From Candidatus Omnitrophota bacterium (GTDB taxonomy: Bacteria > Omnitrophota > Gorgyraeia > Duberdicusellales > 4484-171), in contig JBDRAN010000003.1 in NCBI GenBank assembly GCA_043823745.1, forward strand, positions 66,958 to 130,957: 64,000 nucleotides of DNA, read 5' to 3'. Position 1 is the first letter of the stretch. The number at the start of each line of letters is the position of its first letter. Below, piece by piece: positions 9,573 through 19,260 of the stretch. The notes beneath the pieces were generated by a model. That model saw only the letters and a program-made list of their open reading frames with translations, had not been told where the DNA came from and ran no database searches. Made by a program: the position numbers and the translations under genes.

Positions 9573-9643
9573 AGCGGGCGATGGGAATCGAACCCACATC
9601 TAAAGCTTGGGAAGCTCTCATTCTACCACTGAACTACGCCCGC
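9573..9643 (-). tRNA. tRNA-Gly (CCC)
   Basis: GCGGGCG acceptor stem, TTCCCAA anticodon loop, GTTCGATTC T-loop, U discriminator; CCA not encoded. Confidence 0.97.
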
Positions 9644-9965
9644 ACAGAGCCAGAGTGCTTTCGCACTTCCTGACGATATTGTTCCCTATTGCAAAAATAA
9701 GCGTTATCGGAAAGATGATTTTCCCATCAATGTCGTATGCGCTACTGACTCTTCATAGTGCTCCGCCCCTCTGACGCTCCGCTCGTGAGTATACCCTCGG
9801 AAGTCCACCCCTCGCGTCGCTGTCACCCCTGATGCAAAACCACTGAAAAGTACTAAAAATCTTTTGCTCCGCCACGCATCAGCCCACAATACCCCCTATT
9901 ATCTGCAATCTGCCATTTGATATCTGAGAATCCTCTCCCAAATCCTGGAGCCTCGAGCCTAGAGC

Positions 9966-11219
9966 CTACTTTAATAGATTACACTTCTCGATAATCTTCA
10001 AAGAACAAAAATCGCCGCACATCGTGCACATATCAAGACCGGGGCTTAAGCTCTTGCGATAGCGCCGGGCCTTGGCAGGATCAATGGAAAGTGAAAAAAG
10101 CTTTTTCCAGTCACGCCGCGCGCGATGCAACGAAAGCCGCTCATCGATGGCCCATTCATCCTTAAAACGCACAACATCAACCGAGTGCGCGGCAATACGC
10201 GAAGCAATAACGCCCTCTCGTATGTCCTCAACGCTCGGGTGCCTCAGATGTTCAGCCGGCGTCACCACGCATAGAAAATCAGCGCCGGCAAGTGCGGCAA
10301 TCGCCCCCCCGATGGCACCGGTAATATGGTCGTAGCCGGCGGCAATATCCGTTGGAAGCGGCCCCAGGACATAAAAAGGTGCGCGATCGCATATTTTTTT
10401 CTCTAAGTACATATTCTGTGCGATCTCATCAATACGCACGTGGCCCGGGCCTTCAACCATAACCTGGACTCCGGCTCGCCGCGCGCGCCCCACAAGCTGG
10501 CCAAGCACATATAATTCCGAGAGCTGCAGCTGGTCGGTTGAATCAGCAATCGCGCCGGGTCTCAATGCATCACCGAGACTTAAGGTTATATTATACTCCT
10601 TGGCAATCGTAAGAATTTCATCAAAATGCTCATAGAAAGGGTTTTCTTTTTTATTAACATACATCCAGCGAGCGAGAATCGCGCCGCCGCGTGAAACAAT
10701 CCCGCAGACACGCTTACGCCGCTCGATCATGGCCAGGGCCTCGCGCAAAATTCCAGAGTGAATCGTAAAAAAATCAACACCGGCACGAGCTTGATCGACA
10801 AGAACCTCTTTGATATCCGCAAAGGTTATTTTTTCAAAACTACCCCGCTGGCGCTTAACGCGCGTTGCTACCTCATATACCGGAACCGTCCCCAGCGGTA
10901 CCCCCGAGGCCCGCAGTATCTGGTTACGTATCCCCGCCAGGTCTCCACCGATACTTAAATCCATAAGGGTGTGAGCTCCAGCCTCTACCGCTGCGGTGAT
11001 CTTAGCACGCTCTTCTTTAATATTGACTGCGTCAGGGGAAGTGCCGATATTGGCATTAATTTTTACTTTCAGCCCTTCTCCGATCGCGCAGGCGCGGATC
11101 CCTTTTCGTATTTTATTCAAAGGAATAACGATACGGCCGCTTACCAGCCCCGCGGAAAGATATGACAGGGGCACTTTTTCAACCAAGGCTAATTCTTTAA
11201 GAAAGTTTTTAGATATCAT
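9966..11219 (-). CDS. thiC: phosphomethylpyrimidine synthase
   Basis: KINANIGTS, MDLS, SRGG, EGPGH, GYDHI, PAEHL, CTMCGDFC Fe-S motif. Confidence 0.93.
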   Translation of the reverse strand: MISKNFLKELALVEKVPLSYLSAGLVSGRIVIPLNKIRKGIRACAIGEGLKVKINANIGTSPDAVNIKEERAKITAAVEAGAHTLMDLSIGGDLAGIRNQILRASGVPLGTVPVYEVATRVKRQRGSFEKITFADIKEVLVDQARAGVDFFTIHSGILREALAMIERRKRVCGIVSRGGAILARWMYVNKKENPFYEHFDEILTIAKEYNITLSLGDALRPGAIADSTDQLQLSELYVLGQLVGRARRAGVQVMVEGPGHVRIDEIAQNMYLEKKICDRAPFYVLGPLPTDIAAGYDHITGAIGGAIAALAGADFLCVVTPAEHLRHPSVEDIREGVIASRIAAHSVDVVRFKDEWAIDERLSLHRARRDWKKLFSLSIDPAKARRYRKSLSPGLDMCTMCGDFCSLKIIEKCNLLK

Positions 11220-11224
11220 ATATT

Positions 11225-11671
11225 TTATTTCTTACGTATCCTCTTAAAACCATAACGCATCAGAACCTCTTTCTCAAGAGCGTACAACCGATAGCGAATT
11301 TCTTTTGCCTGAGCCACTGCGGAAGGCGCGATAAGTTTAGAAAACTCCTCGATAACCCGCAATGATTCTTTGACGCGGGCCAAATTGCTATAGAGAACAT
11401 CAGTGACCCGTGCGCGGGACAACTCAAGGATATCCGTCGGCCGACCAAGGTCACGGTTCGAATTCCGGGCGGCGATAGCGTTCCTCAATGCCTTGATCTG
11501 TAAAATCACATCAAGTTGGTGACGCAGGCGCCGCAATCGTATGCGCAGCGCATTATCGTGAGCGATAAAGCGCGCAATATCCTCAACAACACGCAAACCC
11601 TCTTTCGCGCGATTGATGTTAGCGTCAAGAATTCTTAAAATTCCTTTATGTTCTAATGTAATCGGTGCCAT
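11225..11671 (-). CDS. stand-alone ThiD2-like domain (N-terminal domain of cyanobacterial-type ThiE)
   Basis: RILDANINRAKEGLRVVED...ARVKESLRVIEEFSK...RY.LY.LEK; adjacent to thiC. Confidence 0.82.
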   Translation of the reverse strand: MAPITLEHKGILRILDANINRAKEGLRVVEDIARFIAHDNALRIRLRRLRHQLDVILQIKALRNAIAARNSNRDLGRPTDILELSRARVTDVLYSNLARVKESLRVIEEFSKLIAPSAVAQAKEIRYRLYALEKEVLMRYGFKRIRKK

Positions 11672-11682
11672 AGAGTCCCTCC

Positions 11683-12144
11683 CTAGCGCGCCTTAAGAAT
11701 CTTTTCAATAATAGCTGAAGTCGAGTAACCGGGATAGAGTTTCACACGCACGACCCGGCCTGCGTATTGGCGACCGATGATGCCTTTGAGCTCCCAATCA
11801 CCGCCTTTGATTAAAACATCAGGACAAAGATCGCGAATCACCGTAAGCGGCGTATCCTGCTTAAAAACAACAATATAATCCACAACACTAAGCCCCGCAA
11901 GAACTTCTGCTCGAGCGCGCTCTCGGAGTATGGGCCGTTTACTTCCCTTAATGCGCCTGATCGAGCTATCGGAGTTAAGGCCAACGATTAAAATATCTCC
12001 CCGGCGTTTCGCATCAGTTAAAATTTTTATATGCCCGGGATGGAGTATATCAAAACAGCCGTTCGTAAATACGATACGTTTGCCACGTTCTTTAAGACGC
12101 TTCACGATACCACGCAAAACAGCTTGTGACTTTATTTTTCCCAT
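11683..12144 (-). CDS. rfaE2: D-glycero-beta-D-manno-heptose 1-phosphate adenylyltransferase
   Basis: FTNGCFDILHPGH, GLNSDSS, KGGDW, STSAII. Confidence 0.92.
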   Translation of the reverse strand: MGKIKSQAVLRGIVKRLKERGKRIVFTNGCFDILHPGHIKILTDAKRRGDILIVGLNSDSSIRRIKGSKRPILRERARAEVLAGLSVVDYIVVFKQDTPLTVIRDLCPDVLIKGGDWELKGIIGRQYAGRVVRVKLYPGYSTSAIIEKILKAR

Positions 12145-12164
12145 AAATGCTGAATATTAAAACG

Positions 12165-12728
12165 TTAAAGGAAGGCTTCTTCCACTATTTCACAAATAAT
12201 ATGCCCTGCAAGGATATGTATCTCCTGAACCCGCGGGGTGTCGGTGCTGGGTACAAGAAAAGCAATATCAACCATTTCCTTGAGTGCTCCACCGTCTCGA
12301 CCCAAGAACCCGACCGTTTTGATGTTTAACTGTTTTGCGGCAGCAATCGCCCGTAAAACATTCTCTGATTTTCCCGATGTCGATATTCCCACGACGATGT
12401 CGTGCTCACTCGCGAGCGCCTGTACCTGGCGCGAAAATAACTCATCAAACCCGTAATCGTTGCCGATTGCCGTAAGACTAGACACATTACTCGCAAGAGA
12501 GAGTGCCGCAAGAGGGATCCTATTGTTCTTAAAGCGGCCCACAAACTCAGCAGCTAAATGCTGGGCATCGGCAGCGGAACCTCCGTTACCCATAAAAATA
12601 ATCTTTCCCTTCTTTCGCAGAGCTTCAATAAACAGAGATGCGATAGCCTCGATAACCGCAAGGTTTGATTCAAGGCTCGCGAGCGCATGCCGATGGTTTT
12701 CTATCGAAGCTCTCATTATTCTATTCAT
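12165..12728 (-). CDS. gmhA: phosphoheptose isomerase
   Basis: GNGGSAADAQH, NDYGF, STSGKS, QEIH; start at ATG after AAGGGG. Confidence 0.95.
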   Translation of the reverse strand: MNRIMRASIENHRHALASLESNLAVIEAIASLFIEALRKKGKIIFMGNGGSAADAQHLAAEFVGRFKNNRIPLAALSLASNVSSLTAIGNDYGFDELFSRQVQALASEHDIVVGISTSGKSENVLRAIAAAKQLNIKTVGFLGRDGGALKEMVDIAFLVPSTDTPRVQEIHILAGHIICEIVEEAFL

Positions 12729-12809
12729 ACAATCCCCTTTATGGTAAACACAAAAAACGCTAACTGCATCCACGCCGCACGGACCGCATTTAGCGTTTAT
12801 ATATCAATG

Positions 12810-13835
12810 TTAACCAAAAAATATCTTCGCGATGTCGTATAACTTAAGATCAACGGTCTTAAGCGCGCGCGTTGCCTCCTCAAGAGGAACAGCCACAATG
12901 TCCGCTCCGCGAAGACTAACCATGGTGCCGAATTTCCCCTCACGAACAAGCTCATACGCGCGCACGCCAAAACGAGTTCCCAACACCCGGTCAAACGCCG
13001 TTGGCGTTCCCCCACGCTGGATATGACCAAGCACCGTCACGCGCGTTTCAAAACCGGTTTTCTGTTCAATCAATTTACCAAGCTGCTCTCCGATCCCACC
13101 CAGCCGAACATGGCCAAATTCATCAAGTTTCTTTTCTTGAACCGCAAGATCCGTCTCCTTGAACGCTGCTCCCTCTGAAACAACAATAATGCTAAAATTC
13201 TTCCCGCGCGCAAGACGCTTTTTTATTGAATCGCACACTTCATCAAGATCAATAGGCTTTTCAGGAATCAAAATATAATCGGCGCCGCCGGCAATACCTG
13301 AATAGGTAGCAATCCAGCCGGCATGACGCCCCATAACCTCAACCACCATGATGCGATTGTGTGACTCAGCGGTCGTATGAAGCCGATCAATACACTCAGT
13401 AACAATATTGATTGACGTATCAAAACCAAACGTAAAATCAGTAGCCCCTAGGTCATTATCGATGGTCTTAGGAACCCCGACAACCTTAACACCTTCCTTG
13501 GCAAGCTTTGTCGCCACGCCCAGCGTATCTTCGCCGCCAACAACAATCAAGGCATCAAGGCCGAGACTCTTTAAATTATCCTTGGCTATCGCTGCTCCGT
13601 TCTCTTTCTTATAAGGATTAGTACGGGAAGTACCCAGGATCGTACCGCCCCGGTGCAAGATTCCTGACACCGAACGCAGGTCAAGCGGGATATAATCCTT
13701 CTCAAGAAGCCCCTTCCAGCCATATTTAATACCTACCACTTCATCGCCTGAGTTAATCGCCGTTCTCACCACTCCGCGAATTACCGGATTAAGCCCCGGG
13801 CAATCGCCTCCGCCTGTTAAAATCCCTATTTTCAT
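12810..13835 (-). CDS. pfkA: 6-phosphofructokinase
   Basis: TGGGDCPGLN, GGEDT, PKTIDND, EVMGRHAG, LGHIQRGG. Confidence 0.95.
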   Translation of the reverse strand: MKIGILTGGGDCPGLNPVIRGVVRTAINSGDEVVGIKYGWKGLLEKDYIPLDLRSVSGILHRGGTILGTSRTNPYKKENGAAIAKDNLKSLGLDALIVVGGEDTLGVATKLAKEGVKVVGVPKTIDNDLGATDFTFGFDTSINIVTECIDRLHTTAESHNRIMVVEVMGRHAGWIATYSGIAGGADYILIPEKPIDLDEVCDSIKKRLARGKNFSIIVVSEGAAFKETDLAVQEKKLDEFGHVRLGGIGEQLGKLIEQKTGFETRVTVLGHIQRGGTPTAFDRVLGTRFGVRAYELVREGKFGTMVSLRGADIVAVPLEEATRALKTVDLKLYDIAKIFFG

Positions 13836-13863
13836 TATAATCCTCCTTAAATTTTTTCCTTCG

Positions 13864-13903
13864 GCGAAAATTTAATCACGAAGCGCTTCGTGTTAAATTT
13901 CGC
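13864..13903. promoter_or_regulatory. near-perfect 40-bp palindrome upstream of pfkA
   Basis: Perfect core CACGAAGCGCTTCGTG (13877-13892) flanked by GCGAAAATTTAA / TTAAATTTCGC. Confidence 0.5.
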
Positions 13904-14129
13904 AGAAATTTAACAGGTATGCATGCGCAAGGGATAACAATACTATTATTGTCAAACATTGGCGCAACGAGCGCCGTGCGAGCGTTTCGAACGACTGCTG
14001 CAAAATATTCTGCTCGAAGAACGAAGATTGTGCAGCCATGCGGGTCATTCAACATCAAGCGCGTGGAAGTACATTTTTAATGCCACTATGATTTTGATAC
14101 AAACGCACAAGAATCACTGTGCAGCATGC

Positions 14130-14717
14130 CTAATAATTTCGAAATGGTATTTCCGGTTCTTCCTCAACCAGTTTCTTGTTCCCTCGACTAAAGGACATTT
14201 TTCGTATTTCTATCCGGACTTTAATTTCTTTATCTTCACCTAACAATTGCTGCAACTTCTCCCGCAGCTCCCCCTGAATAGTGCTTGTAAACTCGATTAA
14301 ATTTAGCTCCGAAGTAAGATTCCCCCTAATAACGACTTCGACTATTCTTTTCCCGGCAATCACGCGCGGCCGCACGTGAGAAAGCTCATGATGATGCTCA
14401 AGCGTTTTTTTGAGCATATCCTCGATCGCAAAAAGCGTAATGCTTACACGGCCTTGCGGGGATTCTAAAACTACCGATCGTTCACGTTGTGAACGGAAAA
14501 AAAATGTTTCCAGATATCTGATACAAAGAAGAATAACCAACGTACCGATAAACGTAAACTGTAAACGAAAAATCATATCACCCGCGTTGGTCTCTACGAA
14601 CATAAGCTGCTTATGAATATATAAGAGAAACGGTTGCGTGTTCCAGGCAAGACCGATTAATACTGAACCAAGCACAAACGACATTAAAACGTAAATAAGA
14701 CTTATCAAGAATACCAT
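14130..14717 (-). CDS. AmaP-like membrane anchor of Asp23
   Basis: Two TM segments then G.VSITLFAIED; directly downstream of the Asp23 gene. Confidence 0.7.
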   Translation of the reverse strand: MVFLISLIYVLMSFVLGSVLIGLAWNTQPFLLYIHKQLMFVETNAGDMIFRLQFTFIGTLVILLCIRYLETFFFRSQRERSVVLESPQGRVSITLFAIEDMLKKTLEHHHELSHVRPRVIAGKRIVEVVIRGNLTSELNLIEFTSTIQGELREKLQQLLGEDKEIKVRIEIRKMSFSRGNKKLVEEEPEIPFRNY

Positions 14718-14719
14718 AC

Positions 14720-15067
14720 TTACCCCCTTTCCACCCGCTTTATCTTGACATCAACGTTTATTGAATCGATATTAAGATTATTTTGCATATGGTAAATCAC
14801 TTTTTTCTGAACCTCGCAGGCGACGTCAACAACATTTTCCCCCCAGGCGACCGTAATGGGAACAACGATCTTAATTTCCTTATCAAGCTGTACTTTCGTT
14901 CCGGGGATACCAAAAAACTTCAACACCCCACCCCTAAAAGGCCCCGAGCACTCCCATCCAACCAACCTGACGCCTTTGACGCTGGCAGCTGCAGCCTCGG
15001 CAACTTCTCGGATCACTTTTCGATGGATCTTGATCTGGCCGAACTCTGAACTTATGTTTCTGTCCAT
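14720..15067 (-). CDS. Asp23/Gls24 family protein
   Basis: [29 protein letters not shown]; follows accC. Confidence 0.85.
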   Translation of the reverse strand: MDRNISSEFGQIKIHRKVIREVAEAAAASVKGVRLVGWECSGPFRGGVLKFFGIPGTKVQLDKEIKIVVPITVAWGENVVDVACEVQKKVIYHMQNNLNIDSINVDVKIKRVERG

Positions 15068-16416
15068 TCCTCCTCCTTGGCTAAAAACTTCTCCAAGAAA
15101 CCAGTATGGTAATTCCCTCGCTTAAAATCGGGATTGGTAATCACACTTTTGCAAAATGAAGCAGTTGTTTTAATCGGTTCAATGCGCACCTCATCCAGCG
15201 CGCGCGCCATTTTGGTAAGCGCATCAGCGCGGTCGCTACCGGTAGCGATAATTTTCGCAATAAGCGAATCGTAATAGGGTGGGATGCGATAACCGGAATA
15301 GATGTGCGTATCGACACGAATATCTTTGCCCCCCGGAAGGTAACAAAACTCTATCGTGCCCGGTGAAGGCATAAAACCATTCTCGGAATCTTCAGCGTTA
15401 ATACGGCACTCAATCGCGCACCCTTTAAACTTGATCGCATCCTGTTTTATGCGCAACTTCTCCCCTGCGGCAATAGCAATCTGCAGCTTAAGAAGGTCAA
15501 TGCCGGTTACCTGTTCGGTGATAGGATGTTCAACCTGAATGCGCGTATTCATCTCCATAAAGTAAAATTTACCGTCCTGGGCCAACAAGAATTCAACCGT
15601 CCCGACTCCGCGATAATTAATGCTCTTGATACCTTTGATAGTTACCTCTCCTAATTTTTTTCGCAAACGAGCATCGACGGCCGGCGAAGGAGTTTCTTCG
15701 ATAATTTTTTGATGACGGCGTTGGATGCTACAATCGCGCTCCTCGAAATAAATTACATTCCCATAATTATCAGCGGCTACCTGTACCTCAATATGCCGCG
15801 GTCCCTCAATATATTTCTCCATATACACTTCAGAATCACCAAACGCGACCTCTGCCTCTGACTGCGCGGTAAGAAGCGCGCTCACCAAACGAACATCGCT
15901 ATGGCAGATACGCATGCCACGGCCGCCGCCGCCGGCTTTTGCTTTAAGAATCACAGGGTATCCGATTTTCTTGGCAATAGCAAGCACTTCGTCTTTGGAT
16001 TTAATACCACCTTTGCTGCCCGGGATCAAAGGAATTCCAACTTTCTGCATGGTTTCTTTGGCCCTGATCTTATCACCCATCATCCTGATATTCTCAGCCG
16101 TAGGGCCAATAAATTTAATCCCGCAGGAGTCACAAACCTCTGCAAAGTAAGGGTTTTCCGAAAGAAAACCATATCCCGGATGGATCGCGTCGCTATCGGT
16201 AATTTCGGCGGCGCTAATAATACTTGAAATATTAAGATAACTTTCTGATGAAGGAGCTTTTCCGATGCAAATAGCTTCGTCAGCGAGCTCGACATGAAGT
16301 GAATTTTTATCCGCCTCGGAATACACTGCAACTGTTTTAATACCCAGTTCCTTGCAGGCGCGCATAACCCGGATAGCAATTTCTCCCCTATTAGCGATAA
16401 GTACTTTTGAAAACAT
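15052..16416 (-). CDS. accC: acetyl-CoA carboxylase biotin carboxylase subunit
   Basis: [39 protein letters not shown]. Confidence 0.97.
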   Translation of the reverse strand: MFSKVLIANRGEIAIRVMRACKELGIKTVAVYSEADKNSLHVELADEAICIGKAPSSESYLNISSIISAAEITDSDAIHPGYGFLSENPYFAEVCDSCGIKFIGPTAENIRMMGDKIRAKETMQKVGIPLIPGSKGGIKSKDEVLAIAKKIGYPVILKAKAGGGGRGMRICHSDVRLVSALLTAQSEAEVAFGDSEVYMEKYIEGPRHIEVQVAADNYGNVIYFEERDCSIQRRHQKIIEETPSPAVDARLRKKLGEVTIKGIKSINYRGVGTVEFLLAQDGKFYFMEMNTRIQVEHPITEQVTGIDLLKLQIAIAAGEKLRIKQDAIKFKGCAIECRINAEDSENGFMPSPGTIEFCYLPGGKDIRVDTHIYSGYRIPPYYDSLIAKIIATGSDRADALTKMARALDEVRIEPIKTTASFCKSVITNPDFKRGNYHTGFLEKFLAKEEEWTET

Positions 16417-16439
16417 GCTTACGTGGTTATTGTGTTCGT

Positions 16440-16862
16440 TTATGACAGTGGCTCTATAAGGAAAAGGGTTCTACCGAATTCAACCGGTTCTCCACTCTCA
16501 GACAGGATCTGAGTTATTTTTCCGCCTACCTCAGATTTAATCTCATTCATAAGTTTCATTGCCTCAATAATACAGACGACATCGCCGGGCTTAACGATGT
16601 CACCGGCTTCAACGTATGGCTTTGCACCCGGAGAGGGAGCGCGATAGAACGTACCGACCATAGGGGATTTAATCTCCAAAGATCCTTCTTTCTTTTCATC
16701 GCCCGCAGCTAGACCGGGGATGACCGCATGAGAAACGACAACCTGCTGATCTGAGCTGAACTTTTTAAGACGAATACGCTTACCCTCTTCTTCAATCTCA
16801 AGCTCGGAAAGGCTATGCGTATTCATAAACTCAATGAACTCTTTCAGTTTTTCTAATTCCAT
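16440..16862 (-). CDS. accB: biotin carboxyl carrier protein
   Basis: SPMVGTFY and EAMKLMNEI biotinylation motif. Confidence 0.97.
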   Translation of the reverse strand: MELEKLKEFIEFMNTHSLSELEIEEEGKRIRLKKFSSDQQVVVSHAVIPGLAAGDEKKEGSLEIKSPMVGTFYRAPSPGAKPYVEAGDIVKPGDVVCIIEAMKLMNEIKSEVGGKITQILSESGEPVEFGRTLFLIEPLS

Positions 16863-16919
16863 ATACCCTCCCTGATGATTATCACGCGTCCCCTTACCGC
16901 TTGTATATGCATAGTAGCC

Positions 16920-17969
16920 TCAAGACCGATCACTTAACACGATGCAACCATGTTCACCGACAAGCACCATGTCTTCAATTCGAATTCCGAATTTTCCCTC
17001 AAGGTATATCCCCGGTTCAACCGTAACCACCATGCCGGATTTCAATATCTGTTCATTCCGGTTGTTGAGGTACGGTGCCTCGTGCACAGCCCTTCCCACT
17101 CCGTGGCCAAGTCCGTGGCCGAAATACTTTCCGTAACCCTTTTTTTCAATAATAGAGCGCGCTGCTATGTCCACGCTTTTCGCGGTTACCCCAGCGCGTA
17201 TTTTTTTAATCGCGGCGCTTTGCGCAATCTTAACAATATCATATATTTTACGAACTAAGCGGGTTATTTTACCGTTAAAAAATACCCTTGTCAAGTCAGC
17301 GCAGTATTCACAATGCTTTGAGCCTAAATCAATTAGGAAAAAATTATGAATTAGCGCAACGGATTGGGGCTCATAATGAGGGTAGGCGCTATTTTTACCT
17401 CCCGCAACAATAGGCGCAAACGCCAATTCATTGTCCCCGGTAAGTTTTAGAAAACGTTCAATCTCGATACTTAAGTCTTTCTCGGTCTGGCAACCTGCAT
17501 GGATTTCGCGGATAAACTCAAAAGCCTTAAGACTCGTTGCTATTGCGGCACGTATAGCCGCAATTTCATCCGGTTTCTTAATGGCCCGGATATTCTCGAT
17601 AAAATCCTTCGTGGGGACGAAATCAACCGCGTGGGCATTACAATCTTCCTTGATTTTCTGGTATTCTAAAAAAGGAAGGTGCTTTGCCTCAAATCCTATC
17701 TTGGTAAAACCCCGGCGCCGCACTTCGGCCTTAATCCCTGCGAAAATATCAGAGCGCGCCACAACCTTCCAAATCTTTACCTGTTTCGCCTGCGCTTCGT
17801 AGAGAAAATTAGTAAAATAGGTGAGGCTCTCATCGCGACCGACCAATAAATATCCGTCAGCGCGTGAGAATCCGCTTAGGTAGGCAACATTTACAGGGTC
17901 TGAGACCAGAAGCGCATCACAGGAGAGCCCGGCGAGACCTCTAGCACACTGTGTGATACTCTTCTTCAC
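16920..17969 (-). CDS. Xaa-Pro aminopeptidase (M24B)
   Basis: DLTR, HGLGHGVG..VHE, TVEPGIY, GIRIED. Confidence 0.93.
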   Translation of the reverse strand: MKKSITQCARGLAGLSCDALLVSDPVNVAYLSGFSRADGYLLVGRDESLTYFTNFLYEAQAKQVKIWKVVARSDIFAGIKAEVRRRGFTKIGFEAKHLPFLEYQKIKEDCNAHAVDFVPTKDFIENIRAIKKPDEIAAIRAAIATSLKAFEFIREIHAGCQTEKDLSIEIERFLKLTGDNELAFAPIVAGGKNSAYPHYEPQSVALIHNFFLIDLGSKHCEYCADLTRVFFNGKITRLVRKIYDIVKIAQSAAIKKIRAGVTAKSVDIAARSIIEKKGYGKYFGHGLGHGVGRAVHEAPYLNNRNEQILKSGMVVTVEPGIYLEGKFGIRIEDMVLVGEHGCIVLSDRS

Positions 17970-18424
17970 TGATCCTCGCGGGATTTCGTCAAAAATTCGC
18001 GCGCGGCACTGATTGCGAGAAGATACCCGATGGGTCCTAAACCCGTGATAATACCCACTACAATATCGGAAATAAGGGATTTCTTACGAAATTGTTCGCG
18101 CTTATAAATATTAGAAAGATGCACTTCGATCGCGGGAATATCGACCCCCGCGATGGCATCGCGTATCGCAACCGATGTGTGCGTATACGCTGCCGGGTTA
18201 ATAATTAAAAAATTATATACGCGCGTCGTAATCGCCTCAACAATATCACCCTCGGAATTCGATTGCATAATCTCAATCACACAATCGTGTTTTTTCGCGG
18301 CCTCTTGGATTTCCTTGTTAATCTGCGATAGGCTTACGTTACCATAGATCTGCGGCTCCCGTTTACCTAATAAATGCAGATTAGGCCCATGGATAACAAG
18401 TATCCTAGCTTTTTTCTTTTTCAT
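17966..18424 (-). CDS. aroQ: type II 3-dehydroquinate dehydratase
   Basis: HGPNLHLLGKREP, NPAAYTHTS, EVHLSN. Confidence 0.96.
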   Translation of the reverse strand: MKKKKARILVIHGPNLHLLGKREPQIYGNVSLSQINKEIQEAAKKHDCVIEIMQSNSEGDIVEAITTRVYNFLIINPAAYTHTSVAIRDAIAGVDIPAIEVHLSNIYKREQFRKKSLISDIVVGIITGLGPIGYLLAISAAREFLTKSREDQ

Positions 18425-18579
18425 CAAGCTTGAGCCTCCTCGATAAGCATAATGGGAATACCGTCACGTACAGGGTATTTACGGCCACAGGACGTACAGA
18501 CAATGGTATCTTCTTTGAGTGTTACATCAGCTTTACATAAAGGGCACGCCAGGATCTCAAGCAGTTTTGGATCAATCAT
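18424..18579 (-). CDS. Trm112/YcaR family zinc-finger protein (51 aa, absent from ORF track)
   Basis: Own translation MIDPKLLEILACPLCKADVTLKEDTIVCTSCGRKYPVRDGIPIMLIEEAQA; overlaps both neighbours. Confidence 0.92.
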   Translation of the reverse strand: MIDPKLLEILACPLCKADVTLKEDTIVCTSCGRKYPVRDGIPIMLIEEAQA

Positions 18580-18917
18580 AATTTTTTCTTCTCCTCCACA
18601 TACACCAGCCGCAGATTATACAACGATTCCTCCAGAAGTTTCTCCTCGTCCGGTGCTAAATTATTCTTGGTTTTCTCTTTAATAACGCCTAATGTGTCAA
18701 TGAGAAAACGCGCCTGGTCAAGATTCTTCTCTAGCTCGCCCGTAACCGGATTCTTAAGCTTTCCCGCCGCAATCATCGCCTGCATGCTAAGAGAAGAGAT
18801 AAAAATCGCAAATGTCGGTTCATAGTAGGCCTCCTTTTGCGTGGTCGCTTCTGTCTTCTCCTTGCCTACCTGATCCTTCCATGCATCGTCAACCTTCTTT
18901 TTGTTCTCATCACTCAT
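18576..18917 (-). CDS. DUF1844 family protein
   Basis: F..FISSL..QAMIA.G...NPVTG...QARFLIDTL...KTKNNL; GGAGG RBS. Confidence 0.85.
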   Translation of the reverse strand: MSDENKKKVDDAWKDQVGKEKTEATTQKEAYYEPTFAIFISSLSMQAMIAAGKLKNPVTGELEKNLDQARFLIDTLGVIKEKTKNNLAPDEEKLLEESLYNLRLVYVEEKKKL

Positions 18918-19260
18918 ATATCCTCCTGGTATAATCTTCAGGTATATTTTACCAAGATTATACCTGATTGCACTGATTTAAAATTGATTACACAGATTAA
19001 TATTTTTTAGGCATCTCCTCTCTAAAATAACGGTTGCGGTTGCGCAGCACTTGGGGTGCAGCCCCCTACGGAACGCGCTGGTGCGCTGCTCGTCACGCTG
19101 TACGTACTAAAAGGTTGTGTCAAAAAGAACATGGGAAATAAAAACGGTTGACGCGTAACGCAACCGAAACGAAGCCTCGCAACCCATGGACGTAAAACGA
19201 TATAGAAAATAGGAAGAACTGTCACTATGATTCTAAAACTGGATAAATCTGTCATCTTAC

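Noticed and set aside
9094-9889. Short ORFs 9094-9306, 9312-9518, 9704-9889
   Set aside because: No recognisable domains or good RBS; region is better explained as structured non-coding DNA
9680-9900. TPP riboswitch near thiC
   Set aside because: Region is downstream of thiC and lacks the CTGAGA and CCTGA..AATAC core
9946-9967. GAGCCT heptamer-spaced triplet after the thiC stop
   Set aside because: Only three short units; too little to support a call
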